Shown here: in pieces, positions 13,945-27,819 of the stretch
How positions within the stretch are numbered: position 1 is the stretch's first letter
Layout of the letters: every line of letters begins with the position of its first letter
Assembly: GCA_030390025.1 (NCBI GenBank)
Contig: CM059432.1
Coordinates: forward strand, 150,290,001 to 150,354,000
Reading direction: 5' to 3'
Origin: Squalus acanthias
Taxonomy: Eukaryota
DNA length: 64,000 nt
Made by a program: the position numbers and the translations under genes
The notes under the pieces: generated by a model
What the model saw: the letters and a program-made list of their open reading frames with translations, nothing else
What the model was told of the DNA's origin: nothing
The model's database searches: none

Positions 13945-15885
13945 GGCCTACAAATTCGTGGCCGCCACAAAAGCTTCCGGTGCCACCGCAGCCGGGGGTC
14001 AACGGCCGCCGAAAATGATGGCGCTGGTAGGACTGAAAAATTGGCACCGAGGACTAATTATTATCCCAGCACTAAACTCTCAGTGTAACACTGTCCTGGT
14101 GGCGGTGGTCCTGGCAGCGGTGGTCCTGGCAGCTGGCTCCAACGTGGCGCGGCCCAAGCGGCGTTGCTGCTTCAACAGCCTCTGAAAGCGAGGCTGTGAT
14201 TTCACAAAGCATTGTGGGATCTTAAAAGGGCAATGCCTTCTGAAATGATGAAAATAAAATTGTAAAATGTGCGGGTTTTAGCCATTAACATTCCAAATGA
14301 GAGTCTTCAGCTCTTAAAGCTGAATTCCCTTCCGCACCTAAAAAATAAATGGGCAAAGCGTTTCAGCACTGACACAAATGGCTCAACAAGCCAGGGAAGG
14401 GGCACCGAGGGTCTAGCACACAGCACTCCAGCTTTGTGCAGGGGGTCAACACTGCAAGAGAGGTCCTTTACCCACAGGGGCCAGGAGGCCCTCCAGAAAG
14501 AATGATGTGGGATCAGATCACCGAGGCTATCACTGCCAGCAGTGTCGCTCCCACACCTGGCTCCAGTGCCCAAAAAAGCTTCATGACCTCACACCAGTGG
14601 TCAAGGTCAGTGAATGCATCATAAAAAGCCGTCTCCAACCAACTGCACCACTAGCTTCAGACACTGCTCAATGCACGACTTCCCCCCCCCGCCCACCAAC
14701 AATCTGTACCAATCACGAGGGACACCTCCCATTCCTAACCTCACCTCAGCCCCTTTGAGCAGACGGTGCTGGCTGTTCTTGGCAGGGGCATGGCTGAGCC
14801 CTCGGCCAGTGGCAGGGCTGAAAGGATACAAGATGCTGGTATCCTCATATGCTATCCTCCTTCTCGCTTGCACCTCTTGCTTTCCCACCCGCCCCTCAAC
14901 ACAACTCCACCCTTGTGCCTTCCTCATTTCAAACACCCAAGAAATGCAGCCTGTCCAGCCAGTGGTTGACCAAGAAAAGGGAGAGAGGAGAGAAGAAGAA
15001 GAAACATCGTCACTCAATTTGACACTCCCAGCCGTCATCTCCTCAAGGTCGCCCTGCAAGGCCATTTGCAGTGTCCCCCACTGAAAGTCAGCAGTCTTCC
15101 ACCGGCCATGCTGCAGCCACTGTGGTAGCACTGCGTGACATCAGTAGGATAGGCAAAGGCACACACAAGACAGTCACTAAGGGAATGCATAAGGGCGATG
15201 AGTTGATTTCTTGCTGTTATGATTGGATGGATATATGTATAAAGTTGGATTGTAAAGTTTGCTTTGTGGTGTCTTATATTTCAGCATTGTGGCCCAGAGG
15301 ACACTGTGATGGTCAGTAACAGAGGGAAGGGAAGGTGTGGGACTAATGTTGAAAGGGATATTGGGGTTGTGGTCTCTGGGACTGCAGGTGGATGATTCCA
15401 TCCCAGATATCCCGACCAGAAAGGGGCTGTCTGGGCTGCATCCTTCCTTCCACTTCTTCCTCTTCCGCTTCCTCCGGCGATGACGTCATTGCCGTGTGCA
15501 GCACCCTGCTTGCGCCCCGGCCGCAATCTTTGGTAGCACCCCCTGACTTACCACCGGAAGCTATGTCCGACGGGGTTAGGGGGGCCTACCTGCGGCCAGG
15601 GCGGCGCTAATTAAAGGCGAGGTGCCGGGCGGCCATTTTTGTTGCTGGCCGCCTGCCAGCACCTGCCCCCGTTGCCGTCCCCGGCCTCCTGACCAGCCCC
15701 CCGCGGAGTGCTGGCTGCGCTCCGTAAGCCCGGCACTTTTCTTGAGTGCCGGGCTCTTTTGCCGGCACTCCGATCCCTGGTGGCCCAGCTGGGCCCCGGG
15801 TCGCGCTGCACTCGGCCCCTCCCCTTTAAGAAGGGGAGGAAGGCCTCCCTCGCAGTGCCCCAAGAGGGAGGCTGGGCGCTTCCAG
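13945..15885 (+). mobile_element. Internally deleted Harbinger transposon with Myb/SANT-like ORF2 remnant
   Basis: Fragments AKRFS, MWDQITEAITASSV and QCPKKLHDLTPVVK|gtcagt parallel ORF2 of the element at 60238+; GC-rich subterminal regions; the transposase is mostly deleted. Confidence 0.7.
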
Positions 15886-15926
15886 TAGTAAGTAATAAGT
15901 TCTTCCTAATGCTCAATAACTTTAAA

Positions 15927-16220
15927 ATGTCAGCCTGGCCTCAGTGGGAGCACTCTCGCCTCTGAATCAGAAGGTTGTGGGTTCAAGACCCACTCCAGAC
16001 TTCAGCACATAATCTAAGCGCACACTTCACTGACCAGGTGCCATTTTTGGGATGAGACATTAAAGCCCAGGTGGATGTAAAAGACCTCATGACACTTTTC
16101 AAAGAAAAGCAGGGGAATTCTCCTAGTGTCTATGCCAACAGCACTAAAACAGATTATCTGATCATTTATCTCTGCTGTTTGTGGGATCTTGCTGTGTGCA
16201 AATTGGCTGCTGCGTTTCCG
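15927..16220 (+). mobile_element. tRNA-derived SINE with Deu-domain-like core (SacSINE1/DeuSINE-like)
   Basis: A-box-like TGGCCTCAGTGG, B-box GGTTCAAGACC, core GGATGAGACATTAAA...CAGGTGGATGTAAAAGA; similar to 39849-40290. Confidence 0.75.
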
Positions 16221-16288
16221 CAAGTTCTTTCTTTCTGAATTAAATTGTGTCTCTGTACCACCTGTCTGGCTTATTTTGAAGCAATGTT

Positions 16289-16453
16289 TTATTGTTGTAT
16301 ACTTCAATCAGTTATTGTTGTATACTTCAATCAGTTATTGTTGTATACTTCAATCAGTTATTGTTGTATACTTCAATCAGTTATTGTTGTATACTTCAAT
16401 CAGTTATTGTTGTATACTTCAATCAGTTATTGTTGTATACTTCAATCAGTTAT
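16289..16453. repeat. 23-bp minisatellite, about 7 identical copies (TTATTGTTGTATACTTCAATCAG)
   Basis: Directly visible perfect tandem array with no spacers. Confidence 0.95.
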
Positions 16454-16719
16454 GTCCAAGCCCATCATTCTATCCCGTTTATTAATTGTTTCTCCATCTT
16501 GTCGATTGTCAAAATGTCTACTTACAGAACAGAAATTGAGACTCAACGAACTTACTTGCTGTTAAAGTAAACGCAGTACAGTAACTTTTAATAACTTCAA
16601 TGGGAGATTGACCCCAGATCAGTCAAGTAAATGCTTTACTTTTCTTTACGAACTATGTCCAATTCTTGATTTATCTCAATTCTTTGTAATGATTGAAGTC
16701 CCAAATAATCAGAATGACA

Positions 16720-16935
16720 TGGATTACATAGAATTTACAGCACATAAACAGGCCATTCGGCCCAACCAGTCTATGCTGGTGTTTATGCACCACACATGCC
16801 TCCTCTCACTCTATTTACTTCATCTCACCTTATCCACATATTCCTTTCTCCCACATGTACTTATCTAGCCTCCCCTTAAGTGTATCTATGCTATTCACTT
16901 CAATCACTCCAGGTGATAGCGAGTTCCACATTCTG
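16720..16935 (-). mobile_element. Decayed CR1 3'-end fragment
   Basis: ACAGGCCATTCGGCCCAA...GAGTTCCACATTCT resembles the reverse complement of CR1 3' ends. Confidence 0.55.
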
Positions 16936-17271
16936 ATATTTTTCTTCCTATTCCAGTGTCCATAATTTATGTGTATTAATGTTCTAATCCTCTCTCAGCC
17001 TTTCTGTGCTATTTTGATGTGTCTACATATCATGAGGGTTCATTTTCTCCAGTTGCTTAGTTAGAGCAAAATAATTGAAGTGTGGGCCTATTGTGTTTCA
17101 GATGACAATCTTGTTCTGTTTTGATCTGCTGCATCTTTCATTGGTACAGGCTTCTGCCATGCAATTTCTTGAATTTTCTTTGTTATTTTTCTTATAATAA
17201 GTAACTCTTATATAATCTCTCCATGGAATTAAGTTTATGGGGTTCAAAGTCAATTTTGTGATATGCTAAGG

Positions 17272-20200
17272 AATAAAAACAGAAAATGCTGGAAATGCTC
17301 AGCAGGTCAGGCAGCATCTGTGGAGAGAGAAACAGAGTGAACGTTTCAGGTAGATGACCTTTCGCCAGAACTGGAAAAGGTTAGAGATGTATAGGCACAT
17401 AAATAGTAAAAGGGCAGTAAGAGGAAGGGTGGGGCCGATTAGGGACCAAAAAGGAGATCTGTGCATGAAGGCAGAGGGCATGGTTGAGGTACTAAACGAG
17501 TACTTTGCATCTGTTTTCACTAAGGAAGAGGATGCTGCCATAGACATAGTAAAGGAGGAGGTAGTGAAGATACTTGATAGGATAAAAATTGATAAAGAGG
17601 AGGTATTAGAAAGGCTGGCTGTACTTAAAGTAGATAAATCACCAGGAGCGGATGGGATGCATCCTAGGATGCTGAGGGAATCGAGGGAGGAAATCGCGGA
17701 GGTACTGGCCATAATAGTCCAATCCTCCTTAGATACGGAGGTGGTGTCAGAGGACTGGAGAATTGCAAATGTTACACCATTGTTCAAAAAAGGGTGTAAA
17801 GATAAACCCAGCAACCACAGGCCAGTCAGTTTAACCTCGGTAATGTGGAAGCTTTTAGAAACAGTAATCAGGGACAAAATTAACAGTCACTTGGACAAGT
17901 GTGGATTAATTAAGGAAAGCCAGCACGGATTTGTTAGAGGCAAATCGTGTTTAACTAACTTGACTGAATTCTTTGATGAGGTAACAAAGAGGGTTGATGA
18001 GAGTAATGCAGTTGACGTAGTGTACATGGATTTCCAAAAGACGTTCGACACATAATAGGCTTGCGAGCAAAGTTGAAGCCCATGGAATAAAAGGGACTGT
18101 GGCAGCATGGATACAGAATTGGCTAAGTGATAGGAAACAGAGAGTAGTGGTGAACAGTTGTTTTTTGGACTGGAGGAAGGTATACAGTGGTGTTCGCAGG
18201 GGTCGGTTCTAGGACCACTGCTTTTCTTGATATATATTAATGACTTGGATGTGGGTGTACAGGGCACAATTTCAAAATTTGCAGATGACACAAAACTTGG
18301 AAGTATAGTGAACAGTGAGGAGGAGAGTGATAGACTCCAGGAAGACATAGACAGGCTGGTGAAATGGGCGGACACATGGCAGATTAAATTTAACGCAGAA
18401 AAGTGTGAAGTGATAAATTTTGGTAGAAAGAATGAGGATAGGACATATAAACTAAAGGGTACAATCCTGAAGGGGATGCACGAACAGAGAGACCTGGGGG
18501 TATATGTGCACAAATCGTTGAAGGTGGCAGGGCAGGTTGAGAAAGCAGTTAAAAAGGCTTACGGGATCCTGGGCTTCATAAATAGAGGTCTAGAGTACAA
18601 AAGCATGGAAATTATGACGAACCTTTATAAAACACTGGTTCGGCCCCAACTGGAGTATTGTGTCCAATTCTGGGCACCACACTTTAGGAAGGATGTGAAG
18701 GCCTTAGAGAGGGTGCAGAAAAGATTTACGAGAATGATTCCAGGAATTAGGGACTTCAGTTACGTTGATAGACTGGAGAAGCTGGGGTCGTTCTCCCTGG
18801 AGCAGAGAAGATTGAGAGGAGATTTGATCGAGGTGTTCAAAATCATGAGGGGTCTGGACAGAGTAGATAGAGGGAAAATGTTCCCATTGACAGAAGGGCC
18901 GAGAACCAGAGGACACAGATTTAAGGTGAATGGCAAAAGAACCAAAGGCGACATAAAAAAAATCTTTTTTACATAGCGAGTGGTTAAGATCTGGAATGCA
19001 CTGCCTGAAAGGGTGGTGGAGGCAGATTCAATCACAGCTTTCAAAAGGGAATTGGATAAGTATCTGAAGGAAAGAAATTTGCAGGGCTACGGGGAAAGGG
19101 CGGGGGAGTGGGATTAGCTGAAGTGCTCTTGCAGAGAGCCGGCACGGGCTCAACGGGCCCAATGGCCTCCTTCCGTGCTGCAACCATTCTATGATTCTAT
19201 GTAACAGGTTTTAAGCAAGTACAGAGGCAGGGAAAGGGGGAGGGGAGGAAAGAACAAAAGGGAAGATCTGTGATAGGGTGGAAGGCAGGAGAGATTAAAT
19301 GACAAAAGCGATGATTGTGTAAGGCAAAAGGAGATGGTAATGGGACAAGTAAAGAAACAAAAGATGGGTCTAGAGGAGGTGTAAATGGGAATATCAGAAT
19401 CATCAGCAACAGCTGCCATCACTCACTCTAACCTTTCTCCCTCTGAACTTCCAGCACTCTGTTCTCTCAGACCCAACCCAAATCTGGTGATTAAACCTGC
19501 TGACAAGGGTGGCGCTGCTGTTGTTTAGTGAACCGACCTCTACCTTGTGCAGGCTGAACGCCAACTCTCTGACACGTCCTCCTAACTCCCCCTGGACCAG
19601 GACCCCGAACATCAAGCCATCGTTTCTATGACTGTCACTGACCTTATCTCCTCTGGAGAGCTTTCCTTCACGGCCCCAACCTCATAGTCCCTCAACCCCG
19701 CATATCCTGTTTCCACCTCCTTCCCAAGTTCCACAAACAGGACTGCCCTGTTAGACACATCGTTTCAGGCTGTTCTTGCCTTACGGAACTGATTTCTTCC
19801 CATCTCAACTCTGTTTTTTCTGCCCTTGGCCAGTCTCTTCCTACCTACATCTGCAACTCTTCCGACGCCCTCCGCCACTTTAACCGTTTCCAGCTTCCTG
19901 GCCCTAACCATCTCCTTTTCACCATGGATGTCCAATCCCTCTATACCTCCATCCTCCACCAGGACGGCCTGAGAGCTCTCCGCTTCTTCCTTGAAAGGAG
20001 GCCCACCCAGTCGCCATCCATCACCGCCAGGCTGAACTTGTTCTCACATTGAACAACTTCTCCTTCGACTCCACTCACTTCCTCTGAATAAAAGGTGCTG
20101 CTATGGAAACCCATACGGGTCCTAGCTATATCTGCCTTTTCGTGGGATGTGTGGAACATTCTTTGTTCCAGTCCTACTCGGGTCCCCTCCCTCACCTCTT

Positions 20201-21672
20201 TTTTCGGTATAGTGATGACTGTATCATTGCCATTTCCTGCTCTCGCCCCCAACTGGAAAATTTCATCAACTTCGCTTCCAATTTACACCCTTCCCTCGCC
20301 TTCATATGATTCATCTCCAACTCGTCCCTTCCTCGACTTCTTTGTCTCCATTTCTGGGGATAGGCTATCGACCAATATTCACTATAAACCTACTGACTCT
20401 CACACCTACCTTGTCTACACTTCCTCCCACCCCGCTTCCTGTAAGGACTCTATTCCATTCTCCCAGTTTCTCTGTCTCCGCCGCATCTGCTCTGACGATG
20501 CCACCTTCCATACCAGTGCTCCTGATATATCTTAATTTTTCCTCAACTGAGGATTCCCCTCCACCGTGGTTGACAGGGCTCTCGACCGTGTCCGTTCCGT
20601 TTCCCGCACTTCTGCTCTCACCCCTTCCGCTTCCTCCCAGAACCATGATAGGATTCCCCTTGTCCTCACCTTCCACCCCAACAGCCTCCACATTCAACTG
20701 ATTATTCCTCCGCCATTTCTGCCACCTCCGGTGTGATCCCACCACCAAACACATCTTCCCTACCCCTCCCCTCCCCTCCCCTTTCAGCATTCCAAAGGGA
20801 CCGTTCCCTCCGCAACACCCTGGTCCACTCCTCTATCACCCCCAACACCCCGCCTTCCCACAGTACCTTCCCGTGCAAGCCCAGGAGATGCAACATCTGC
20901 CCTTTTACCTCCTCTCTTCCCACCATCCAGGGCCCCAAACACTCCTTCCAGATGAAACAGCAATTTACTTGTACTTCTTTCAATTTAGTATATTGTATTC
21001 GCTGCTCACGATGTGGCCTCATCTACATTGGGGAGACCAAACACAGATTGGGTGACTGCTTTGCGGAACACATCCGTTCAGTCCGTAAGGGTGACCCCGA
21101 GCTTCCGATTGCTCGCCATTTTAATTCTCCGGACCACGCCCACTCTGACCTCTCTATCCTCTGTTTCCTACACTGTCCCAAGCTCAACGTAAGTTTGAGG
21201 AACAGCACCTCATCTTTCAATGAAGTATTTTTTTTAGCCTTCCAGACTCAGCATTGAGTTCAACAATTTCAGGTCATAACCTCTGCCCCCCATTTTTTCG
21301 GACGGCAGCTTTTTCTGATGATTCTGATATTCCCATTTACACTTCCTCTAAACCCATCTTTTGTTTCTTTACTTGTCCCACTACCATCTCCTTTTGCCTT
21401 GCACCATCATCCCTTTTGACATTTAATCTCTCCTGCCTTCCATCCTATCACAGACCTTCCCTTTTGTTCTTTCCTCCCCTCCCCCCTTTCCCTGCCCCTC
21501 TACTTGCTTAAAACCTGTTACATCTCTAACCTTTTCAAATTCTGATGAAAGCATCGACCTGAAACGTTAACTCTGTTTCTCTCTCCACAGATGCTGCCTG
21601 ACCTGCTGAGTATTTCCAGCATTTTCTGTTTTTATTTCAGATTTCCAGTATCCGCAGAATTTTGCTTTTGTA
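17272..21672 (+). mobile_element. Penelope-like element: inverted 5' pseudo-LTR, decayed RT and GIY-YIG ORF (~19421-21280), 3' pseudo-LTR; interrupted by a CR1
   Basis: Fragments KPADKGGA, TMDVQSLYT, FFRYSDD, HYKPTDSHTYL, NLVYCIRCSRCGLIYIGETK. 17272-17390 plus 19201-19420 are the reverse complement of ~21300-21640. Confidence 0.92.
17391..19200 (+). mobile_element. CR1 LINE, 5'-truncated, nested in the Penelope inverted pseudo-LTR
   Basis: ORF2 pieces 17354-18055 and 18158-18976 (FADD); tail ATTCTATGATTCTATG; the Penelope sequence resumes at ~19201. Confidence 0.93.
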
Positions 21673-22517
21673 TTCATTTTTTAAGGAGTTATGTGATTTA
21701 TACATTGTTCTCATATCGTCACTGGATATCATAATGTACAAGTGTTAGACTTGCTGCTTTGCAACTGTCGACTATTGAAGGATGATTCAACATGCTTAAC
21801 TACATTCTTCTGTAGTCATTGTCGAGTTAAGTGTAAAGTGTAGCAAAATAGAAGTGAGATTATGATTTTTTTTCATGTTTATTACTTGAATTCCAGTTTG
21901 ATGAAGAATTCTCTGTAATATTAAAGCTTTCAATGACTCAATGCAATTTATGGAAAAATTTATCCATTAAAGTGCTACCTTTTACTTTTCTAATTCACAC
22001 AAGTATAATGGTTTGAAATGTGAAAATGTAGAATTGCATCACATTTTCGGGTTGTGAACCTGACCAATATACTGGTATAAATTAATGGAATAGACTACTC
22101 CAATAAGACATGACAATAGTCAATAGTTTCTTGTAAAAATAAATGATTGATTTTGTATTACAATATGTGAATTGTTTAGTGTAGGTTACTGCAATGCTCA
22201 TTACATGTTTCCAGGAACTATTGCTAAGGACCGCCAACAAAAGCATTTTGCCCATAATCATGATATTTTTTAATTCAACATTTTTGGATAATGCAAACTT
22301 TATATGAATTAAAGTCAAATAAAGTGCATCAAACCTCACATCCGTCTTAAAATCAGCTTTTATAGGCTATCACAACTGCTATAATGTCAGCCTAAACCAT
22401 CCCTTGAATACAACCTTTTTAAGTTATTTTGCTGATCACAGATTGCCAAGTAAGTGGAACTGCTGCACCTACTACTGTCCTTTGAGTAATGAAAGGGGGT
22501 TGATTACAAATGCATAC

Positions 22518-22668
22518 CTTTCGACAACATTCTTATTTTAGGTTTGTCACTAGTTTTCTCTTTCTCTCTGTTTTTATCCTTGTCCTTTTCTTTCTCCAAT
22601 TCCTCTTTATTAGTTTTATCATCATCTTGAAAGCTTGTAGAACTGGTGAGCTGCAGCTGAATTGAATC
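22518..22668 (-). CDS. ARPP21: ARPP21-like coding exon 4 (DSIQLQLTSS...EKTSDKPKIRMLSK)
   Basis: gttgcag|GATTCA...TCGAAAG|gtatgc, 151 nt, phase 0/1. KPKIRMLSK matches ARPP21 rather than R3HDM1 (KLPRKMLSR). Confidence 0.95.
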
Positions 22669-25206
22669 CTGCAACACAAAAATTACTAAGAAATAATAAT
22701 TCCTTTCATCTGTAAAATTACTGGTTATATCGTTATCACTTACAATCAATTGTTAACCTATAGATCGTCCATTTTATGTTGGTTTCTGAAAATCACCTTC
22801 TAGAGAATGATAATTAAAGCACAGTTTGAAATGAACAGTATTAAGTGCCTTCCTCAGCTCAGAACAAACATGACAAAATGTCCTCAATTTAAAATAAATT
22901 TTATAACACAGGATTGTCTTTCATAGAAACAAGTGTTTAACCATAACAATTTGCAGTATCTGTCTTTTACAAATAATGCTCAAATCGCATCATCTCGCCA
23001 ACAGCAATGGGAATGAGCGGCAGACAACAGTATACTCCCTCAGTTTTTATATAAACTGAGATTGACACCAGTTTAAATAAATTGTTCCACATTATTAATG
23101 AGTATCCAAGGCAAAGATCACAAAGGTTGTACAAATATCCACAATAAAAACTAGCAGAATGTGCTGAAATACTTGGTCTTTGGAACAACAAAGTACATTT
23201 TATCTCAAAACATTGGTATCATAAACTAAGTGCAAAATTCCATCAATATACTTTGGACGTACAACAATCCAAACAATTGAGAATTTAATATTGATATAAT
23301 GGAGACCTTAATGGAAAATGTCACCAATAATCCTCATTGTAACAAGCGTTAACCTTATAACATGAAGTGTGGCAATTGGATTTCTGCACGGTCTAAAATG
23401 TTAAATCTACAGTTCAACAAAACATGTTCTGTGGTTAAAAGCTGGTTGTAGCAGGCTGCAATTGACCAACATAATAATATACACACGATGAGTTCAGTCT
23501 CGCTCTTCAGTTTTGAAACAAAAATGTTTCCTGCATTGTTTCTGCCTCATCGCCACCCCCACCCCCACCCCCCCTAAGGAAGGTTGGGTGGTTTGGATTA
23601 CTTCAGAGTCATTCCTGGCTTTGCTGCTAGGAGATATTGTGATGTACAGATAGGTCCTCTTCTCCTCTTCCTTTAACCAAGCACCTCACTTCCACCTAAA
23701 ACTTGGCTAGGTCACTGGCCTCGGCATCAAGACTGGCAATTTGCTCAGGTATAAAGGCCAGCACAGCTGTGATTCTAATTTAAGTCGTTCAGTCCTTGAA
23801 CAGTGAATAAATACGCACGCCACCAGGCCAACGTATCCAGCTTCTTAAAAATAACAGAACTAGAATGCAGCATTTCTTCCCTCCTTTCCCTTCTGTCCCC
23901 AAAAGAAGTTTCTGAATTAAGATTGCTTGACTTCTTGTGCCAGAATCCTTGGTTCATACAGGTTTCAGAAACAATGTTCAGCCCATGGCAGTCTTAAGCT
24001 TATGTCCTCAAATGCTTACATTTGATGTGATGTAGACATCTGAATAGCGCATGAGTTATAGAATAGTTAAAGCTCTGCTGATGCTAAAACAGAATATTTA
24101 GTACCAGAATTCCACTATGAAAAGCAAAAGAATTATAGGATGCATTGTTGTCTTTTTGTTCAGTACTCCTCTTAGTTATCCAAAGTCCTCTCCATATAGC
24201 TGGAATGCTTCTGAACTGGGTTTAATGCCTCAGCCTGCAATTGTTTCAGCGATACTATTTCCTCCTTTTGAGGACTGAGGTGAAGAAAATCTTGCAGAGA
24301 AAAGCAGCGACATCATAAGCAATCCTTCCTTTTGTTACGGAGCCTCCTCCCTTATAGCTTTGCAGCATGTTTGATAAAATAGTACAGTATGAAAGTGAGT
24401 TGAACCTGCAGAGAATTACAGCTGCTTGGCTGCATAGCAACAGGGGACACATGTTTGAGGTATAACAGAAAATATTTGTACAATACAAGCTCATTTTGCA
24501 CAATTTCATTAAGCTAATAATACATTGTAGTCTTTAAACCGACTCACATCACTTTTGAAAAATATGTTCATAATAGCTTCAAACTCAGGAATATAAAAAA
24601 AGTTTCACTGGTCTGTGAACATTTATAACCCTTTTAGACATGCAATGCCTTAATGCCCTTAATACACTGGACTTTCAATGCAACACTTACATGGATATTT
24701 TCCCTAAGGCAGTGTGAAGTGACAAGCATCCTCCCTCCTCCACCATATAGCTTTAAACATAATTTTGAGTCAGATGCAGCACTGCGGCTACGAAATGTTG
24801 TGCAGTGTAGATAGGCTCATCTCTTGCCTCTTGTAGAAGCTGAAGATTAACCAGGGCAAACTAATATAATGCCCCAAATACAAGTAAATTTTTCAATACA
24901 TCCCTGATGAGTATTGTAATGCTAGACAAAATTAAAGGAAATAATAATACACCAGACATTTTATTTGTAATAATTATCTTAAAAGTGACAAGCTGGTTGT
25001 ATTATATACCAAAAGACCCACAGCTAGATTAGTGCTTAGCGTTACAAAACTCATTGAGGATCTTAATAGAAAAACTCAACTTTTACATTTTGGAAGGTTA
25101 CAGTTTTTTTTTAGGATTCATGAGTACTGTCTCACTGCCAAATATTTTCACACCAGCATTCAGCACAACATTTAAATCAACGAAGGCTTTTACATAATGA
25201 AGCAAA

Positions 25207-25376
25207 GAGGGTAATTTGAACTTAGGGCGATAGTGTAAAGTGGGCGACATCGGATCAGCCGCCCATTATATACCTCTCCCGATTTTCCTTTCCATTGACT
25301 TTGATGAGCGCTCTGGAATGGGCAGCCGATCCGACATCGCCCACTTTACACTATCGCCAAAAGTTAAAATTACCCC
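25207..25376. mobile_element. Palindromic MITE with ~60-bp arms
   Basis: GGGTAATTTGAACTTAGGGCGATAGTGTAAAGTGGGCGA... / ...TCGCCCACTTTACACTATCGCCAAAAGTTAAAATTACCC. Confidence 0.8.
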
Positions 25377-25945
25377 CCCCCCCAAGTTTCAAAAGGTTTT
25401 CATAGAAAAGAAATTATCAAAACCTTAACCTCATTTCTAACACTATTAAAATGATAACAATTATTCATCAATATTTTCACCAAAGAGCAATGATTGGTAA
25501 CATTTAAGATACTTGCATGTGGACGCACATCAGTGCAGTTGCTCCCAGATTTGAAACCAATTGGTGTGATCTGATGTGTGTATTACGAGCTGCCACCACT
25601 AAATTCATTTCAGGTGAACTTAATGTAACTTGTTTGTTGCATACAGACATCCATACATAATGGAGGTCAAAGACTGTCATGCCCAGACTGAAGATACTTG
25701 CCTAGAAAACATGTAGGCAGGAATTTTCACATTGGAGAGCGTGCAGGTCGGAGATTAAAAGCACAGAAATTGACAGCGCGTCGGGAACCCGCCGTCATCC
25801 TGCCGACTTCCGCCTTTCACTGGAGCGCGTTACGAGGTGCGCCACGGACCCGCTCGGGAGAGGCGGGCGACCTCATTGAGGTTGTTAACTGTTTGTTTGC
25901 AGACCCTTAACTGCCTTTTCAACGTCAGGTTTGAACTTTAACTGG

Positions 25946-26039
25946 ACGAAAGGTCATCGACCTGAAACGTTAACTCTCTTTCTCTCTCCACGGATGCTGC
26001 CTGGCCTGCTGAGTTTTTCCAGCGTTTTCTGTTGTTATT
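25946..26039 (+). mobile_element. Penelope-like terminal fragment (partial hammerhead) inserted in the Harbinger
   Basis: ACGAAAGGTCATCGACCTGAAACGTTAACTC..., flanked by the 16-bp direct repeat TTTGAACTTTAACTGG (25930-25945, 26040-26055). Confidence 0.85.
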
Positions 26040-26362
26040 TTTGAACTTTAACTGGTTGCGCACGGGATTCACGCACCTCGGGAACCTCGCCTGTGAAGGG
26101 GAGGCGGAAGCTCAGTGGCAATTGAGTGAGTTCAATAAGTGACAGCTGGAAAAAGCACATAAAGACTCCCACCTTACACCTGCTTCCTTGCCTAAGGGAA
26201 AGGCTCTTGCTGACACTATTTTGTGCAGAAATTTAGGTTTCAGGAGTTTGCAGGTCATTTCTGCAACCTCGGAAACCACTCTCACCACATTGCTAGTCAC
26301 TCTCAGTACATTGGAGGATTGTGCCTCTGATCTCCACTTTACCTGGCATCTATTAGATCAGC

Positions 26363-27536
26363 ATGGGTGCCGCTTATGCTGTCTCAACTTGAACCTCAGA
26401 ATCAGATGAGCCCCAGCTCCAAGAACACCAGCCATACCAGCAGCAACAACAACACCAGCAGCAGCAGCAACCACACCACCAGCCTTCTCCTCACCGACCT
26501 GATGCTCCACAGGAAAGAGGGGGTCAGCACAGGGGTGCACCGCGGAGGCTATACTCCCAACACAGGGTATACAGGCAGAGGATGAGCTTCCTCAACATGA
26601 CTGAGCAGCAGTACTTCAGGAGGCTTAGGTTATCGTGCCAGGTCATTGCAGACATTTGCAGATTGCTGGACCAAGACCTGCTGCCCAAAGGACCTGGTGG
26701 ACACGCCTTACCAGTGGCTGTCAAAGTCACCACCGATCTCAACCTCTTCACCTCAGGCTTCTTCCAGGGACCTGCAGCAGACATTTACGGTATCTCACAG
26801 CCAGCCACCCACAGATGCATCACACAGGTGACCGATGCCATGTTTGACAAGTCAGCCAATTATGTAAACTTTGCCACTGATGAAGCCAGTGTTACTGAGC
26901 GGGCGCTTGGCTTTGTGGCTCTGGCTGACTTCCCACAGGTGCAGGGCATAATCGAGTGCACACATGTGGCCATCAGGGCACCCTCACATCACCCAGGAGT
27001 GTTCCCTCAAAGTACAGCTCGTCTGAAACCATAAAAGGATCATCATGCATGTGTGTGCCATATTCCCTGGCAGCTGTCATGACTCTTTCGTGCTGTGCCA
27101 GTCCACCCTCCCTCAGCTCTTTGCACCTCCAAACAGACTTACCGACTGGCTGCTTGGAGACAAGGACTATCCACTGAAGACGTGGTTGATGACACCATTG
27201 AGAAGGCCAAGCAATGAGGCCGAGGAGCGCTATAATGACAGACACATGTCCGTCAGATGTGTCATAGAGCAAGCAGTCAGCATGCTGAAGATGCGCTTCA
27301 GATGACTTGACAGACCTGGAGGAGCACTTCAGTACGCACCAGCCAGGGTCTTCAGAATCATCATCGTACGCTGCGCGCTGCACAACATAGTGCAGCAGCG
27401 AGGATTGGAGCTGCAGGAGGAGCAAGGCGCAGAGCACACAGCCTCTTTGGAGGAGGAGGATGAGGAACCTGAGGTGGAGATGGCACCAGCGCACATTGCT
27501 GCTCGGGATGTCCTCATAATGGCCCAATTTACTTAA
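26363..27536 (+). pseudogene. Harbinger (HARBI1-like) DDE transposase, disrupted
   Basis: [38 protein letters not shown] and [14 protein letters not shown] motifs; frameshift near 27010-27040 and stop at 27303. Confidence 0.9.
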
Positions 27537-27819
27537 CTTGCACCAGTGCACCTATATGGCTCCCAGATGCTGTACCAACTTCCTCCACCCATACCAACAC
27601 CACAAAGCAATCCTACAATGACCAAGCCATTCCTGTCACCCAAACGCACATTGCTCGAGGTTAAGTAATGCCTCATCATTCACTCCAAGTGACAAAGCCA
27701 CTTCCCAGGTAGCAGGCAACAATGGACAAGACGGAAAAGTGGTGCAAAGAAATAAATTTATGTGCATCATAAATAGAACCAACACTAACATTTTGGCAAA
27801 CACCCATGTGCATCTAAGA

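Noticed and set aside
15927..16000. tRNA gene
   Set aside because: Only A/B-box-like SINE head sequence is present, continuing into a SINE body, with no complete cloverleaf.
16189..16570. Repetitive ORFs in three frames
   Set aside because: These are an artefact of the stop-free 23-bp minisatellite.
24255..24460. Minus-strand acceptor-like site (tctctgcag| at ~24405) as an extra exon
   Set aside because: It gives a short peptide with no homology support and no other evidence.
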